DNA from: Nocardioidaceae bacterium
GTDB taxonomy: Bacteria; Actinomycetota; Actinomycetes; Propionibacteriales; Nocardioidaceae
DNA: 55,219 nt
Assembly (NCBI GenBank): GCA_035477015.1
Contig: DATILB010000372.1
Coordinates: 1-55,219, forward strand
Direction of reading: 5' to 3'
The translations under genes were made by a program, and so were the position numbers. Each line of letters starts with the position of its first letter. The stretch's first letter is position 1. The notes below the pieces were generated by a model. That model made no database searches and was not told where the DNA came from. It saw nothing but the letters and a program-made list of their open reading frames with translations. This document shows, piece by piece, positions 1-8,572 of the stretch.

Positions 1-252
1 GCTCGGCTGCACCTCCGCTTCAGCGTCAAGGACGCGTGGACCCGAAGGCTGCTCACGCCAGGTCGCTTCGGTCGACGAGACGTCCTGGTCAGTGCGGAGT
101 TCTACCGGGCGCTGGAGCAACCGCACTGCAAGCTGATCGCCTGGCCGGTCTACGCGATCGTGCCGCACGGCGTACGCACCGCAGAGGGCATCGAGCACCG
201 CGTCGACTGCATCATCCTCAGCCACGCCCTCAAGAAGGAGCTCGCCGCATGA
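1..252 (+). CDS. 3' end of a flavin monooxygenase (BVMO)-like ORF entering from the left edge; possibly a truncated paralogue of the next gene
   Basis: Frame +1 is open from nt 1 to TGA 250-252 (...VSAEFYRALEQPHCKLIAWPVYAIVPHGVRTAEGIEHRVDCIILSHALKKELAA*). It is collinear with ...SNEYLQAFNRSNVTLETTSIDKITSRGVRTSDGVEHPIDVLILATGF... of the downstream gene but stops about 150 aa earlier. Its stop overlaps the next start (ATGA). Confidence 0.35.
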   Translation, partial: ARLHLRFSVKDAWTRRLLTPGRFGRRDVLVSAEFYRALEQPHCKLIAWPVYAIVPHGVRTAEGIEHRVDCIILSHALKKELAA

Positions 253-1739
253 CCACCCCTGATCACGAGATCGCGATCATCGGCGGTGGGTTCAGTGGCA
301 TCGGTGCCGCGATCCTCCTGGAGAAAGCCGGCTTCTCCGACTACCTGATGATCGAGGAGGGCGACGGAGTCGGCGGTGCCTGGCACTGGAACACCTACCC
401 GGGCGTCGCAGTCGACATCCCTTCGTTCAGCTACCAGTTCTCCTTCGAGCAGATCGCCGGCTGGTCGCGCATCTACGCGCCGGGCAACGAGCTCAAGAGG
501 TACGCCGAGCACTGCGTCGACAAGTACGACGTACGCCGCCGAACGATGTTCAACACCAGGATCGTGGCTGCGACGTTCGACGACGCGACGCACCTGTGGC
601 AGCTCGACACCGCCGACGGCCGGTCGGTGACGGCACGGTTCGTGGTCGGGGCGACCGGTGTGCTGACCCAGCCGAAGAACCCTGACATCAAGGGGCTCTT
701 GTCGTACAAGGGGACCGTGATGCACACGGCCCGGTGGGACCACGACGTCGACCTGCGCGGGAAGCGGGTGGCGATCATCGGCACCGGTGCCTCAGCCGTG
801 CAGGCGATCCCCAAGATCGCCCGGGACGCCGAGCACCTGACCGTGCTCCAGAGGACGCCGATCTGGTGCCTGCCGAAGCCCGACGTACGCATGCCGGGAG
901 TCGCCCGAGTCGCTCTGCGCCGGATTCCCGGTGCGCGTCGGGTCAGCCGGCTCGCGAGCCAGACGTTCGTCGAGCTGACCTTCCCGCTGGCCGCCCACTT
1001 CGGAGGCTTGCTGCCGATCTCGAGGTCGGGTGAGGCCATTGGGCATGCCCACCTTCGCCGAGCCGTCAAGGACCCCGTGGTGCGCGAGAAGCTCACGCCG
1101 GCGTACGCCCTCGGCTGCAAGCGGCCCAGCTTCTCCAACGAGTACCTGCAAGCCTTCAACCGCTCGAACGTCACTCTCGAGACGACCTCGATCGACAAGA
1201 TCACCTCCCGAGGCGTGCGCACTTCCGACGGCGTCGAGCACCCCATCGACGTGCTGATCCTGGCCACCGGCTTCAAGGTCTTCGAGAGGGGCAACATGCC
1301 GGCCTTCACGGTCACGGGGTCGGCCGGCGTCGACCTGGAGGACTGGTGGATGGAGAACCGCTTCCAGGCCTACGAAGGCGTGAGCGTGCCCGGCTTCCCC
1401 AACTTCTTCGCCATCCTCGGCCCGTACGGCTACAACGGGTCGTCCTACTTCAACCTGATCGAGACCCAGACCGCCCACATCATCCGCTGCCTGCGTCGCG
1501 CTCGTCGTACCCAGGCGACAAGGGTGGAGGTGACCGAAGAGGCGAACGCGCGGTACTTCGAGCGGATGCTCGGCCGCCGCAAGCATCAGGTGTTCTGGCA
1601 GGACAGCTGCACGCTCGCCAACAGCTACTACTTCGACGTACACGGCGACGTGCCGTTCCGGGCCTCGCCCACCTTGGAGACCATGTGGGCCGCTGCTCGG
1701 TTCGACCTCGACGACTACCGTTTCGACGCCAGCGCCTGA
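249..1739 (+). CDS. FAD/NADPH-dependent flavin-containing (Baeyer-Villiger type) monooxygenase
   Basis: ORF 36..1739. The internal ATG at 249 gives MTTPDHEIAIIGGGFSGIGAA (FAD GxGxxG). Other motifs are the BVMO-like fingerprint YKGTVMHTARWDHD, a second Rossmann motif GKRVAIIGTGASAVQ, and ATGF. The upstream 71 codons are Arg/Pro-rich and overlap the preceding ORF. Confidence 0.85.
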   Translation: MTTPDHEIAIIGGGFSGIGAAILLEKAGFSDYLMIEEGDGVGGAWHWNTYPGVAVDIPSFSYQFSFEQIAGWSRIYAPGNELKRYAEHCVDKYDVRRRTMFNTRIVAATFDDATHLWQLDTADGRSVTARFVVGATGVLTQPKNPDIKGLLSYKGTVMHTARWDHDVDLRGKRVAIIGTGASAVQAIPKIARDAEHLTVLQRTPIWCLPKPDVRMPGVARVALRRIPGARRVSRLASQTFVELTFPLAAHFGGLLPISRSGEAIGHAHLRRAVKDPVVREKLTPAYALGCKRPSFSNEYLQAFNRSNVTLETTSIDKITSRGVRTSDGVEHPIDVLILATGFKVFERGNMPAFTVTGSAGVDLEDWWMENRFQAYEGVSVPGFPNFFAILGPYGYNGSSYFNLIETQTAHIIRCLRRARRTQATRVEVTEEANARYFERMLGRRKHQVFWQDSCTLANSYYFDVHGDVPFRASPTLETMWAAARFDLDDYRFDASA

Positions 1740-1893
1740 CCCACCGGTGGTCGAGCAGCGACGCGAAGCGAGCGTCCGTCGAGACCAACAACCGCCCGTC
1801 ACCTCGTTGGTCTCGACAGACGGCGCCTCGCGCAGGGGCTCGCCACCTGCTCGACCACCGGGCGCCAACGCACGCTTCTGCCGATGATGGCGC

Positions 1894-2041
1894 GGGCCCA
1901 AATCCCGCACATGCGAAGTTGCGGCCCTGATTTTCGCGAGATCGGGGCCCTAATCGCGCAGGTGCGGAGTTGGGGCCCTGCGCTGTCCTGCCGTGATCCG
2001 GCCGCGGGACGAAGGGGCCAGTTCGACATGCAGTGGGCCCC
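1894..2041. repeat. Imperfect ~51-nt tandem duplication (1894-1944 / 1945-1995) built on GGGCCC cores, with further GGGGCC/GGGCCC cores at 2014 and 2035
   Basis: GGGCCCaAATCcCGCAcaTGCGaAGTTGcGGCCCTG versus GGGCCCtAATCgCGCAggTGCGgAGTTGgGGCCCTG. The region is intergenic and has no convincing ORF. Confidence 0.45.
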
Positions 2042-2248
2042 TAGGCGCCTTGTTTGGAGCCGATTCGGGGACTAGTGCATGTCCAATTGGCCTTGGGCGT
2101 TCACTTCAACAGGTACTTCTGCCAGAAGGCGCCCGACTTGAAGGCGGAACTGGAGAACTACCTGTTCTTTTGTACGGGTGACCGGTCCGGCGCTGGCTTG
2201 CGAAGCGCACGCTCATCATCATGCCGAGATTGAGATGACGGGCTCGTC

Positions 2249-2662
2249 ATGATTTCGCCGAGTCGCGCCGATAACCTGATTCGCATGCCGGACGACGTAG
2301 TTGAGGTGATTGGCGTACATCGGGTGCCAGACGTCCCCGATGCGTATCTGCTCGAAATCCGATCGGCCCGTCCGCCGGATGAGCTGCACCTCGAAGCCTT
2401 CACTCAGGAGTACCCGGAACAGCCGCGGGAGACATGGCAGGCCCCGTGGATGGAGCGCTGGTTGGATCCAAGCGGCGAACGGGTACTCACCGACGAGTTC
2501 GCCGCGCCGCCAGCTGGGCTTACCGAGAGCCGACTGGTGTTCTTCCTGCACTTCCCATCATTCGACAGGCCACTGCTGACCCCGATGGGCCCAGCCCCGC
2601 TTCCGGTGCCCACGGACATTCCAGACCGGCTGTCAGCGGTTCACTATCGACCGGTCGACTAG
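2249..2662 (+). CDS. Hypothetical acidic protein, orphan (alternative start ATG 2285)
   Basis: 137-aa ORF with balanced composition (…EAFTQEYPEQPRETWQAPWMERWLDPSGERVLTDEF…). No family motif recognised. It lies in a compositionally atypical islet, and a competing antisense ORF at 2219..2551 looks less protein-like. Confidence 0.4.
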   Translation: MISPSRADNLIRMPDDVVEVIGVHRVPDVPDAYLLEIRSARPPDELHLEAFTQEYPEQPRETWQAPWMERWLDPSGERVLTDEFAAPPAGLTESRLVFFLHFPSFDRPLLTPMGPAPLPVPTDIPDRLSAVHYRPVD

Positions 2663-2870
2663 GGCGTCAGCGTCTCGGATCCGCGGCATCCGACTCTGCC
2701 GCTCTGTGCATTCGCGACTTCGCCGCCAAAGAAGCGCGAGATGGTCGTCAATCACCCGCGCGACGACCATCTTGCGCTGTTCTGTCGCGCCCTTCGTGTG
2801 GTCAAGGGGCCACGTCGGAGCTGCGTGCACCCGCCGGGTCGAGCCGCGCACCCCTTCTCGCCAACCGGCG

Positions 2871-2945
2871 GCCACAAGAACTGGCAACTCCTCGGTTCCG
2901 ACCCAATTCGAGGCCGTTTTCACGACAGTTGCCAGTTCTTGTGGC
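2871..2945. repeat. 75-nt element with perfect 19-bp terminal inverted repeats (hairpin or MITE-like)
   Basis: GCCACAAGAACTGGCAACT (2871-2889) pairs with AGTTGCCAGTTCTTGTGGC (2927-2945). The 37-nt spacer contains an inner CCTCG/CGAGG stem. The element ends 39 nt upstream of the rhodanese start. Confidence 0.6.
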
Positions 2946-2983
2946 CCCCGCCATGGTCGGGAACCTAGGGGCGGGGGACCCTG

Positions 2984-3394
2984 GTGCACCCTCACCGGCG
3001 CTACCGTGGCGAGGTGGAGCAGAGCGCGATCGACCGGCTCCTGGCGCAGGCTCGCGAGGGCCTGGACCGGGTTGAGCCGGAGGACCTTGCGGCGGAGGTT
3101 GCGGCCGGAGCCGTCGTGGTCGACACGCGCCCTGTCGAGCAGCGGGACCGGGACGGCGAGCTGCCCGATTCGGTCGTCATCGACCGCAACGTCCTCGAGT
3201 GGCGGCTCGACCCGACCTCGCCGCACCGCATCGACGCGGCCAGGGACCACGACGTGCGGTTCGTCATCGTGTGCAACGAGGGGTTCAGCTCGAGCCTGGC
3301 CGCTGCCACGCTGCGCGAGCTCGGGCTGCACAGGGCGACCGACCTCGCAGGTGGCTTCCAGGCTTGGTTGGCCCTGCAAGAACCGGAAAAGTAA
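2984..3394 (+). CDS. Rhodanese-like domain protein (sulfurtransferase)
   Basis: Single rhodanese fold with active-site loop VIVCNEGFSSS and C-terminal DLAGGFQAW. The start is uncertain (GTG 2984 or GTG 3014). Confidence 0.8.
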   Translation: MHPHRRYRGEVEQSAIDRLLAQAREGLDRVEPEDLAAEVAAGAVVVDTRPVEQRDRDGELPDSVVIDRNVLEWRLDPTSPHRIDAARDHDVRFVIVCNEGFSSSLAAATLRELGLHRATDLAGGFQAWLALQEPEK

Positions 3395-3445
3395 AAAGTC
3401 CCGCCCCCGAGTAACCCAGGGGCGAGCCCAGTCGATTAGGTGATT

Positions 3446-3490
3446 GGCCGGGCATTCTGCAACCCCCTCCGCAGTGTGCCCGGCCTTTTC
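3446..3490 (+). terminator. Hairpin plus T-tract between the convergent rhodanese and SDR genes
   Basis: GGCCGGGCA (3446-3454) pairs with TGCCCGGCC (3477-3485) and is followed by TTTTC. An inner CTGC/GCAG stem is present. Confidence 0.45.
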
Positions 3491-3506
3491 ATGCCCAAAA
3501 ACGGGC

Positions 3507-4331
3507 TCAGTCGTGGGTGATGCGCTCCTCGTACGCCGCACGCGCGTCTTGGTCGACCTCGTCGAGGAAGGCCTTGTCGGCACCGAACTTCGCGGTGCTC
3601 CAGCCGACGAACTTCCTGGGCATCAGCTTGCCGACCAGGACAGTGGCGCCTGCGGCCCGCGTGACACGGCGGATCGGCACCGGCTTCTCGATCACCTTGC
3701 AGATCGCCTCGGCGATCTCGCTCGGCTCTGCGTTGCGGAAGCCCTTCACGCCGGTGGTGCCGGCCACGAGCTCGGTGTTGGTGAAGGTCGGCGAGACGAC
3801 CGAGACGTCAACTCCCGTGCCGAGGTGCTCGAGGCGAATGGCCTCGGTGAAACCGACCACGGCGAACTTTGAGCCGCAGTACGCCGCAGCGCCCGGGAAG
3901 GCGCCCTCGCCGGCCAGCGACGCGATGTTGATGATGTGGCCCGCCTTGCGCGGCAGCATCCGTTGAAGCGCCTGACGCGTGCCGTTCATGACGCCGAAGA
4001 CGTTGATCTCGACCATGCGGTTCACGCTTGCCTCGGACTGCTCGACGAAGCGCCCGATCGGCATGATGCCGGCGTTGTTGATCAGCACGTCGACGTTGCC
4101 GAGCTGCGCTTCAACGAGGTCGAGGAACTCGCCGAAGGACTCGCTGTCAGTCACGTCCAGCCGGGTGTACGTCGTGACGCCCAGCTCGGATGCGGCCTCC
4201 TTGAGGCGCGCCTCGTCGATGTCACCGATGGCCACTTTGGCGCCGTGACGGATCAGCATCGCCGCCGTCTCGTAGCCGATCCCACGTGCGCCGCCGGTGA
4301 TGGCGACGACCTTGCCGGTCAGCGCGCTCAC
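3507..4331 (-). CDS. SDR-family NAD(P)-dependent oxidoreductase
   Basis: LTGKVVAITGGARGIG (TGxxxGxG), NNAG, and S...YxxxK (YCGSK). The GTG start at 4331 forms a GTGA overlap with the upstream ALDH stop. The ORF-track start at 4421 would overlap the ALDH gene by 94 nt. Confidence 0.85.
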   Translation of the reverse strand: MSALTGKVVAITGGARGIGYETAAMLIRHGAKVAIGDIDEARLKEAASELGVTTYTRLDVTDSESFGEFLDLVEAQLGNVDVLINNAGIMPIGRFVEQSEASVNRMVEINVFGVMNGTRQALQRMLPRKAGHIINIASLAGEGAFPGAAAYCGSKFAVVGFTEAIRLEHLGTGVDVSVVSPTFTNTELVAGTTGVKGFRNAEPSEIAEAICKVIEKPVPIRRVTRAAGATVLVGKLMPRKFVGWSTAKFGADKAFLDEVDQDARAAYEERITHD

Positions 4332-5839
4332 AGGCCGAGACGCTGCTTGATACCGCGACCGAACATGCCGCGCAGGAGGCGACTGGTCAGTGCCGTCCGC
4401 TTGCGGGAGTACGGGTACCAAACCAGCTCGTTCTTCATCGTGGGCACCTTCGGCGCGGTCTGCGCCTGGATCTTGCAGTACTTCCGGATGCCGTAGGCAC
4501 CGCCCTGACGGGCGCCCACGCCGGAGGTCTTCCAGCCGTTGTGCGGGAGCGGGACGGCGAACAGGTTGGTGAACGCGTCGTTGATGTTCACGGCGCCGGC
4601 CTCGATGCGCTTGCCGATCTCGCCGCCACGGGAGACGTCAGAGGTCCACACGGTCGCGGAGAGGGCGTACGGCGAGTCGTTGGCCATCCGGATGGCCTCG
4701 TCGATGTCGGCCACCTTCATGATCGGGATCGTGGGGCCGAAGGTCTCCTCGGTCATGCAGGCCATCGAGTGGTCGACGTCGACGAGGATCGTGGGCTCGT
4801 ACGAGTTGGTCATCTTGCCGCGCTTGCCGCCCGTGAGTGCCCGAGCCCCTGACTTGACGGCCTCCGTGACATGCCGGTCGACGAGATCGACCTGGGCTGC
4901 CGTGACCATGGCGCCCACGTCGTTGCCGGCGCCGACGCCCTGGGAGAGTCCCTTGACCTTCTCGGTCAGCTTGCTAACGAACGCGTCGTAGACCGGCTCC
5001 TCGACGTACACCCGCTCGATCGAGACGCAGACCTGGCCGGAGTTGAACAGGCCGCCCCACGAGATGCCGTTGACCGCGCGGTCGAGGTCCGCGTCGGCGC
5101 AGACGATGGCAGGGTCCTTGCCGCCGAGCTCGAGGCTGTACGGCTTGAGCTGTGCTGCCGCGGCAGCCGCGATCTTCTTGCCCGTGGGGGTGGAGCCGGT
5201 GAACTGGACGTAGTCGACGGCGTCGACTACTGCCGCACCCGTGGCGCCGCCGCCCGTGATGCAGGCGAGGACCTTGGGCGCACCGATCTCGTCCCACGCC
5301 CGGCAGATCAGCTGCGCGGCGAGCGGCGTCTCTTCGGACGGCTTCTCGATGACGGCGCAGCCGGCCGCGAGGGCGGGGATGGCGTCCATGAAGAAGAGCG
5401 TGACCGGGAAGTTCCACGGCGTGATGACGCCGACCACCGGGTACGGCGAGTAGACCTTGGTGAGCTTCTTGGTCATCGTCATCGGGCTGGCGGACTTGAC
5501 CCGCTCGTCCTCGAGGAACTTCTCGGCGTTGTCCGCCCAGTAGGCGACCAGGCTCGCGCTCGCGATGACCTCGAGCTCGGCGTCGGGGCGTACCTTGCCG
5601 GTCTCCGCGACCAGGACGTCGGTGATCTCGGCCGTGTGGTCCATCAGCCAGTTGCGGAGCTTGTGCAGCCAGACCTTCCGGCCCTTCGGGCCCATCGCCT
5701 GCCAGGCGATCTGCTGCATGCGCAGCTCCGCGGTGATGCGGTACACCTCTTCGGCGGACGTGTCGGGGACGGTGCCCACGACCTTGCCGTCGGCGGGGTT
5801 GGTCACAACGAGCTCGTTGGGTCGGGCGTCTACAGTCAC
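4328..5839 (-). CDS. NAD(P)-dependent aldehyde dehydrogenase
   Basis: ALDH motifs are LELGGKDP and FNSGQVCVSIERVYV (catalytic Cys). The GTG start at 5839 is preceded by GAGGAG. The longest ORF start is 5881. Confidence 0.85.
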   Translation of the reverse strand: MTVDARPNELVVTNPADGKVVGTVPDTSAEEVYRITAELRMQQIAWQAMGPKGRKVWLHKLRNWLMDHTAEITDVLVAETGKVRPDAELEVIASASLVAYWADNAEKFLEDERVKSASPMTMTKKLTKVYSPYPVVGVITPWNFPVTLFFMDAIPALAAGCAVIEKPSEETPLAAQLICRAWDEIGAPKVLACITGGGATGAAVVDAVDYVQFTGSTPTGKKIAAAAAAQLKPYSLELGGKDPAIVCADADLDRAVNGISWGGLFNSGQVCVSIERVYVEEPVYDAFVSKLTEKVKGLSQGVGAGNDVGAMVTAAQVDLVDRHVTEAVKSGARALTGGKRGKMTNSYEPTILVDVDHSMACMTEETFGPTIPIMKVADIDEAIRMANDSPYALSATVWTSDVSRGGEIGKRIEAGAVNINDAFTNLFAVPLPHNGWKTSGVGARQGGAYGIRKYCKIQAQTAPKVPTMKNELVWYPYSRKRTALTSRLLRGMFGRGIKQRLGL

Positions 5840-5955
5840 GGGGGTCTCCTCATCAGCGCAGCGGCGTCTCTCCCGCTCCATGTCAGAGCATCACTGATCG
5901 GAGCGGCAGAGGGAAGGGCTCGTTCGCAATGTGAGAACGAACGTTATCAGTTGGC

Positions 5956-7638
5956 TCAGATCCAGCGTCTGAACCAGATGCGGTCCAGCCACTCGCTGTT
6001 GGTCAGCAACCCGTCGGTGTAGATCGGGTAGAACCACGCGAAGTTCGCCACCACGAGGACCACGAAGGCGCCGGCGACCGCCGCTCCCGCGCTGCGCCTG
6101 GTGTAGCTCGCCCTCGGCCCACCGATGAGCCGGCCGATGAGCAGGGCGCACGCCACGCACGTGAAGGGCACCATCGCGACGGCGTAGTAGTAGAAGATCG
6201 GGCGGTCGGCGAACGGGATCCAGATGAGCCACGTCGAGGCGAACCCGAGCACGGCCACGCCGAATCGCCAGTCGCGACGGGCAACCCACGAGTAGACGGC
6301 GTACAGCATGGCCACGGCGCCGCCCCACCAGAGGATCGGGGTGCCAAGCAGGACGATCTGCCGAAGGCACGTCGACCCGGCGACGGCCTCGCAACCCTGC
6401 TCGCCCGGCTGGATACCCAGCTGGGCGTCGACCCCGACCGGGCGGTTGATCAACGGCCAGCCTTGCGGTGCCGACTGGTAGATGTGCGTCGCGCCCTCGA
6501 GCCCGTGTGAATGGAAGCCGTAGACCGCGAGGTGGTAGTGGTAGAAGGAGCGCAACGCCTGGGTGAAGCTGTCCCAGAAGCCGCTCGGGTCCTGCTTGGT
6601 CCAGTCGCCCCAGTACGGCGTGTAGCTGGTCTTGGCCAGGTGCAGGTCGTACTCGTGGGCGTGCATCAGCCACCCGGTCCACGAGACGAAGTAGACGACC
6701 AGCGCCACGACAACCAGGTAGAAGAAGGCCGGGATGCCGTCGACGATCGCGGCTCGCAGCCAGTACATCCGGACGCCGAACATGCGCCGCACGCCGGCGT
6801 CCTGGAAGACGACCCACAGCCCGAAGACGGCGAGCGGCCAGATCGCAGTCCACTTCGTTGCCAGAGCCATGCCGAACATCAGCCCGGCCGCCAGTCGCCA
6901 GGGACGCCATCGAATGCCACGCACGGGTCCCCAGCCCTTGGGTCCAGCCCGATAGTCGGCGGTCACCCGATCGGCCAGTCTGCTGCGGCCGTAGTCGCGA
7001 TCAGCGACGAGGCACGAGACCCCGCAGAGGATGAAGAGGGCGAGGAAGATGTCGAGCAGCGCAAGCCGCGACATCACGAAGTGCAGTCCGTCGAAGCACA
7101 GCAGCACGCCCGCCGTACAACCCAGAAGCGTGGAGCCCGTGAGGCGTCGTACGAGCCGGATCAGCACCATCACCATGAGCGCGCCGGCGACGGCACTGGC
7201 GACCCGCCATCCGAACGGGTCCATTCCGAAGAGCTTCTCTCCCAGGCCGATCAGCCAGAGACCCCCCGGGGGGTGGACGCTCATGCTCGGGGTGTCGCGG
7301 AACGCGGCCTCGATGTTGCCCTCGAGCACCCGCTTCACAGCCTCGTCGAGGGGGGCGACGCCGTCACGGACGTAGCCGTAGTGCCACACCGACCAGGCGT
7401 CCTTCGCGTAGTACTTCTCGTCGAAGAGCAGGTCGCGGGGGTCGCCCAGCTTCCAGAGCCGCAGGAACGCCGCTATGGCCGTGATCCCGAGGGTTGCCAG
7501 CCACCCCATGAGCCGGTCGCTGCCCGCGATGAGCGGGACCAGCCGCCTCCGCCCGGAAGGGACGACTCGACCGTCGGCCGTCCACGACAGGCCCATCGTC
7601 CGCCCGAACGTCCGGTCGGGCCCCTCCTTGACGGTCAC
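5956..7638 (-). CDS. pmt: Polyprenol-phosphate-mannose-dependent protein O-mannosyltransferase (GT39/PMT family)
   Basis: Polytopic membrane protein with an N-terminal loop …LFDEKYYAKDAW… typical of PMT. It sits divergent to rsmI, as in mycobacteria. Confidence 0.85.
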   Translation of the reverse strand: MTVKEGPDRTFGRTMGLSWTADGRVVPSGRRRLVPLIAGSDRLMGWLATLGITAIAAFLRLWKLGDPRDLLFDEKYYAKDAWSVWHYGYVRDGVAPLDEAVKRVLEGNIEAAFRDTPSMSVHPPGGLWLIGLGEKLFGMDPFGWRVASAVAGALMVMVLIRLVRRLTGSTLLGCTAGVLLCFDGLHFVMSRLALLDIFLALFILCGVSCLVADRDYGRSRLADRVTADYRAGPKGWGPVRGIRWRPWRLAAGLMFGMALATKWTAIWPLAVFGLWVVFQDAGVRRMFGVRMYWLRAAIVDGIPAFFYLVVVALVVYFVSWTGWLMHAHEYDLHLAKTSYTPYWGDWTKQDPSGFWDSFTQALRSFYHYHLAVYGFHSHGLEGATHIYQSAPQGWPLINRPVGVDAQLGIQPGEQGCEAVAGSTCLRQIVLLGTPILWWGGAVAMLYAVYSWVARRDWRFGVAVLGFASTWLIWIPFADRPIFYYYAVAMVPFTCVACALLIGRLIGGPRASYTRRSAGAAVAGAFVVLVVANFAWFYPIYTDGLLTNSEWLDRIWFRRWI

Positions 7639-7741
7639 CGCGACATCGTACGGTCACCCCGAGGTCCGGTGGTCGAGCCGCAGGGTGAGCGAAGCGAGCC
7701 AGCGTGTCGAGACCAATCAGTGGCCTGACATCATCGGACGC

Positions 7742-8572
7742 GTGACGGACGACAGGGGCGTGCTGGTTCTCGCGGGCACTCCCATAGGGCGAGTCGAGGA
7801 TGCACCTCCTCGCCTGCTGACGGAGCTGGCCTCCGCAGACGTCGTTGCCGCTGAGGACACCCGTCGGCTCCGCCGGCTCGCGTCCGAGCTCGGCGTGACG
7901 ATCGCAGGCCGGGTGGTGTCGTACTTCGAGGGCAACGAGCAGGCTCGGGTCCCGGCCCTGATCGAGGCGCTGCAGAACGGTGAGCGCGTGCTGGTGGTGA
8001 CCGACGCCGGGATGCCCTCAGTGAGCGACCCCGGCTACCGGCTCGTGGCAGCCGCCGTCGAGGCCGGGATCCAGGTCACGTCGGTCCCCGGTCCCTCGGC
8101 GGTTCTCACCGCCCTCGCGGTCTCCGGGCTTCCCGTCGATCGCTTCTGCTTCGAGGGCTTCCTGCCTCGCAAGGCCGGCGAGCGCTCTCGAAGGCTCGAG
8201 TCGCTTCGCGAGGAGCCGCGGACCATGGTCTTCTTCGAGGCGCCGCACCGCACCGAGGTGGCGCTCGCAGCGATGGCCGAGATCCTCGGGTCCGACCGGC
8301 CGGCTGCCGTCTGCCGCGAGCTGACCAAGACCTATGAGGAGGTACGCCGTGGCGGGCTCTCCGACCTGGTGGCCTGGGCCGCCGACGGCGTACGCGGTGA
8401 GGTGACGATCGTCGTGTCCGGAGCACCGCCCGTGAGCGCCGAGGGCCTGGACGCCTCGGATCTGGCGGCTCTCGTCGAGGCCGAGGACCTGCCAAAGAAG
8501 GAGGCCATCGCGGCGGTGGCGAAGCGACTGGGGATCCCCAAGCGGGACGTCTACGACGCGGTGCATCGATGA
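7742..8572 (+). CDS. rsmI: 16S rRNA (cytidine1402-2'-O)-methyltransferase
   Basis: VLVLAGTPIG…DAPPR…VAAEDTR… and the tetrapyrrole-methylase-like fold. GTG 7742 removes an Arg/Ser-rich 89-aa extension that overlaps pmt. Confidence 0.9.
   Translation: MTDDRGVLVLAGTPIGRVEDAPPRLLTELASADVVAAEDTRRLRRLASELGVTIAGRVVSYFEGNEQARVPALIEALQNGERVLVVTDAGMPSVSDPGYRLVAAAVEAGIQVTSVPGPSAVLTALAVSGLPVDRFCFEGFLPRKAGERSRRLESLREEPRTMVFFEAPHRTEVALAAMAEILGSDRPAAVCRELTKTYEEVRRGGLSDLVAWAADGVRGEVTIVVSGAPPVSAEGLDASDLAALVEAEDLPKKEAIAAVAKRLGIPKRDVYDAVHR

Noticed and set aside
36-248. 71-codon N-terminal extension of the monooxygenase ORF
   Set aside because: The extension is Arg/Pro-rich and overlaps the preceding ORF. The internal ATG at 249 places the FAD GxGxxG motif at the usual distance from the N-terminus and forms an ATGA junction.
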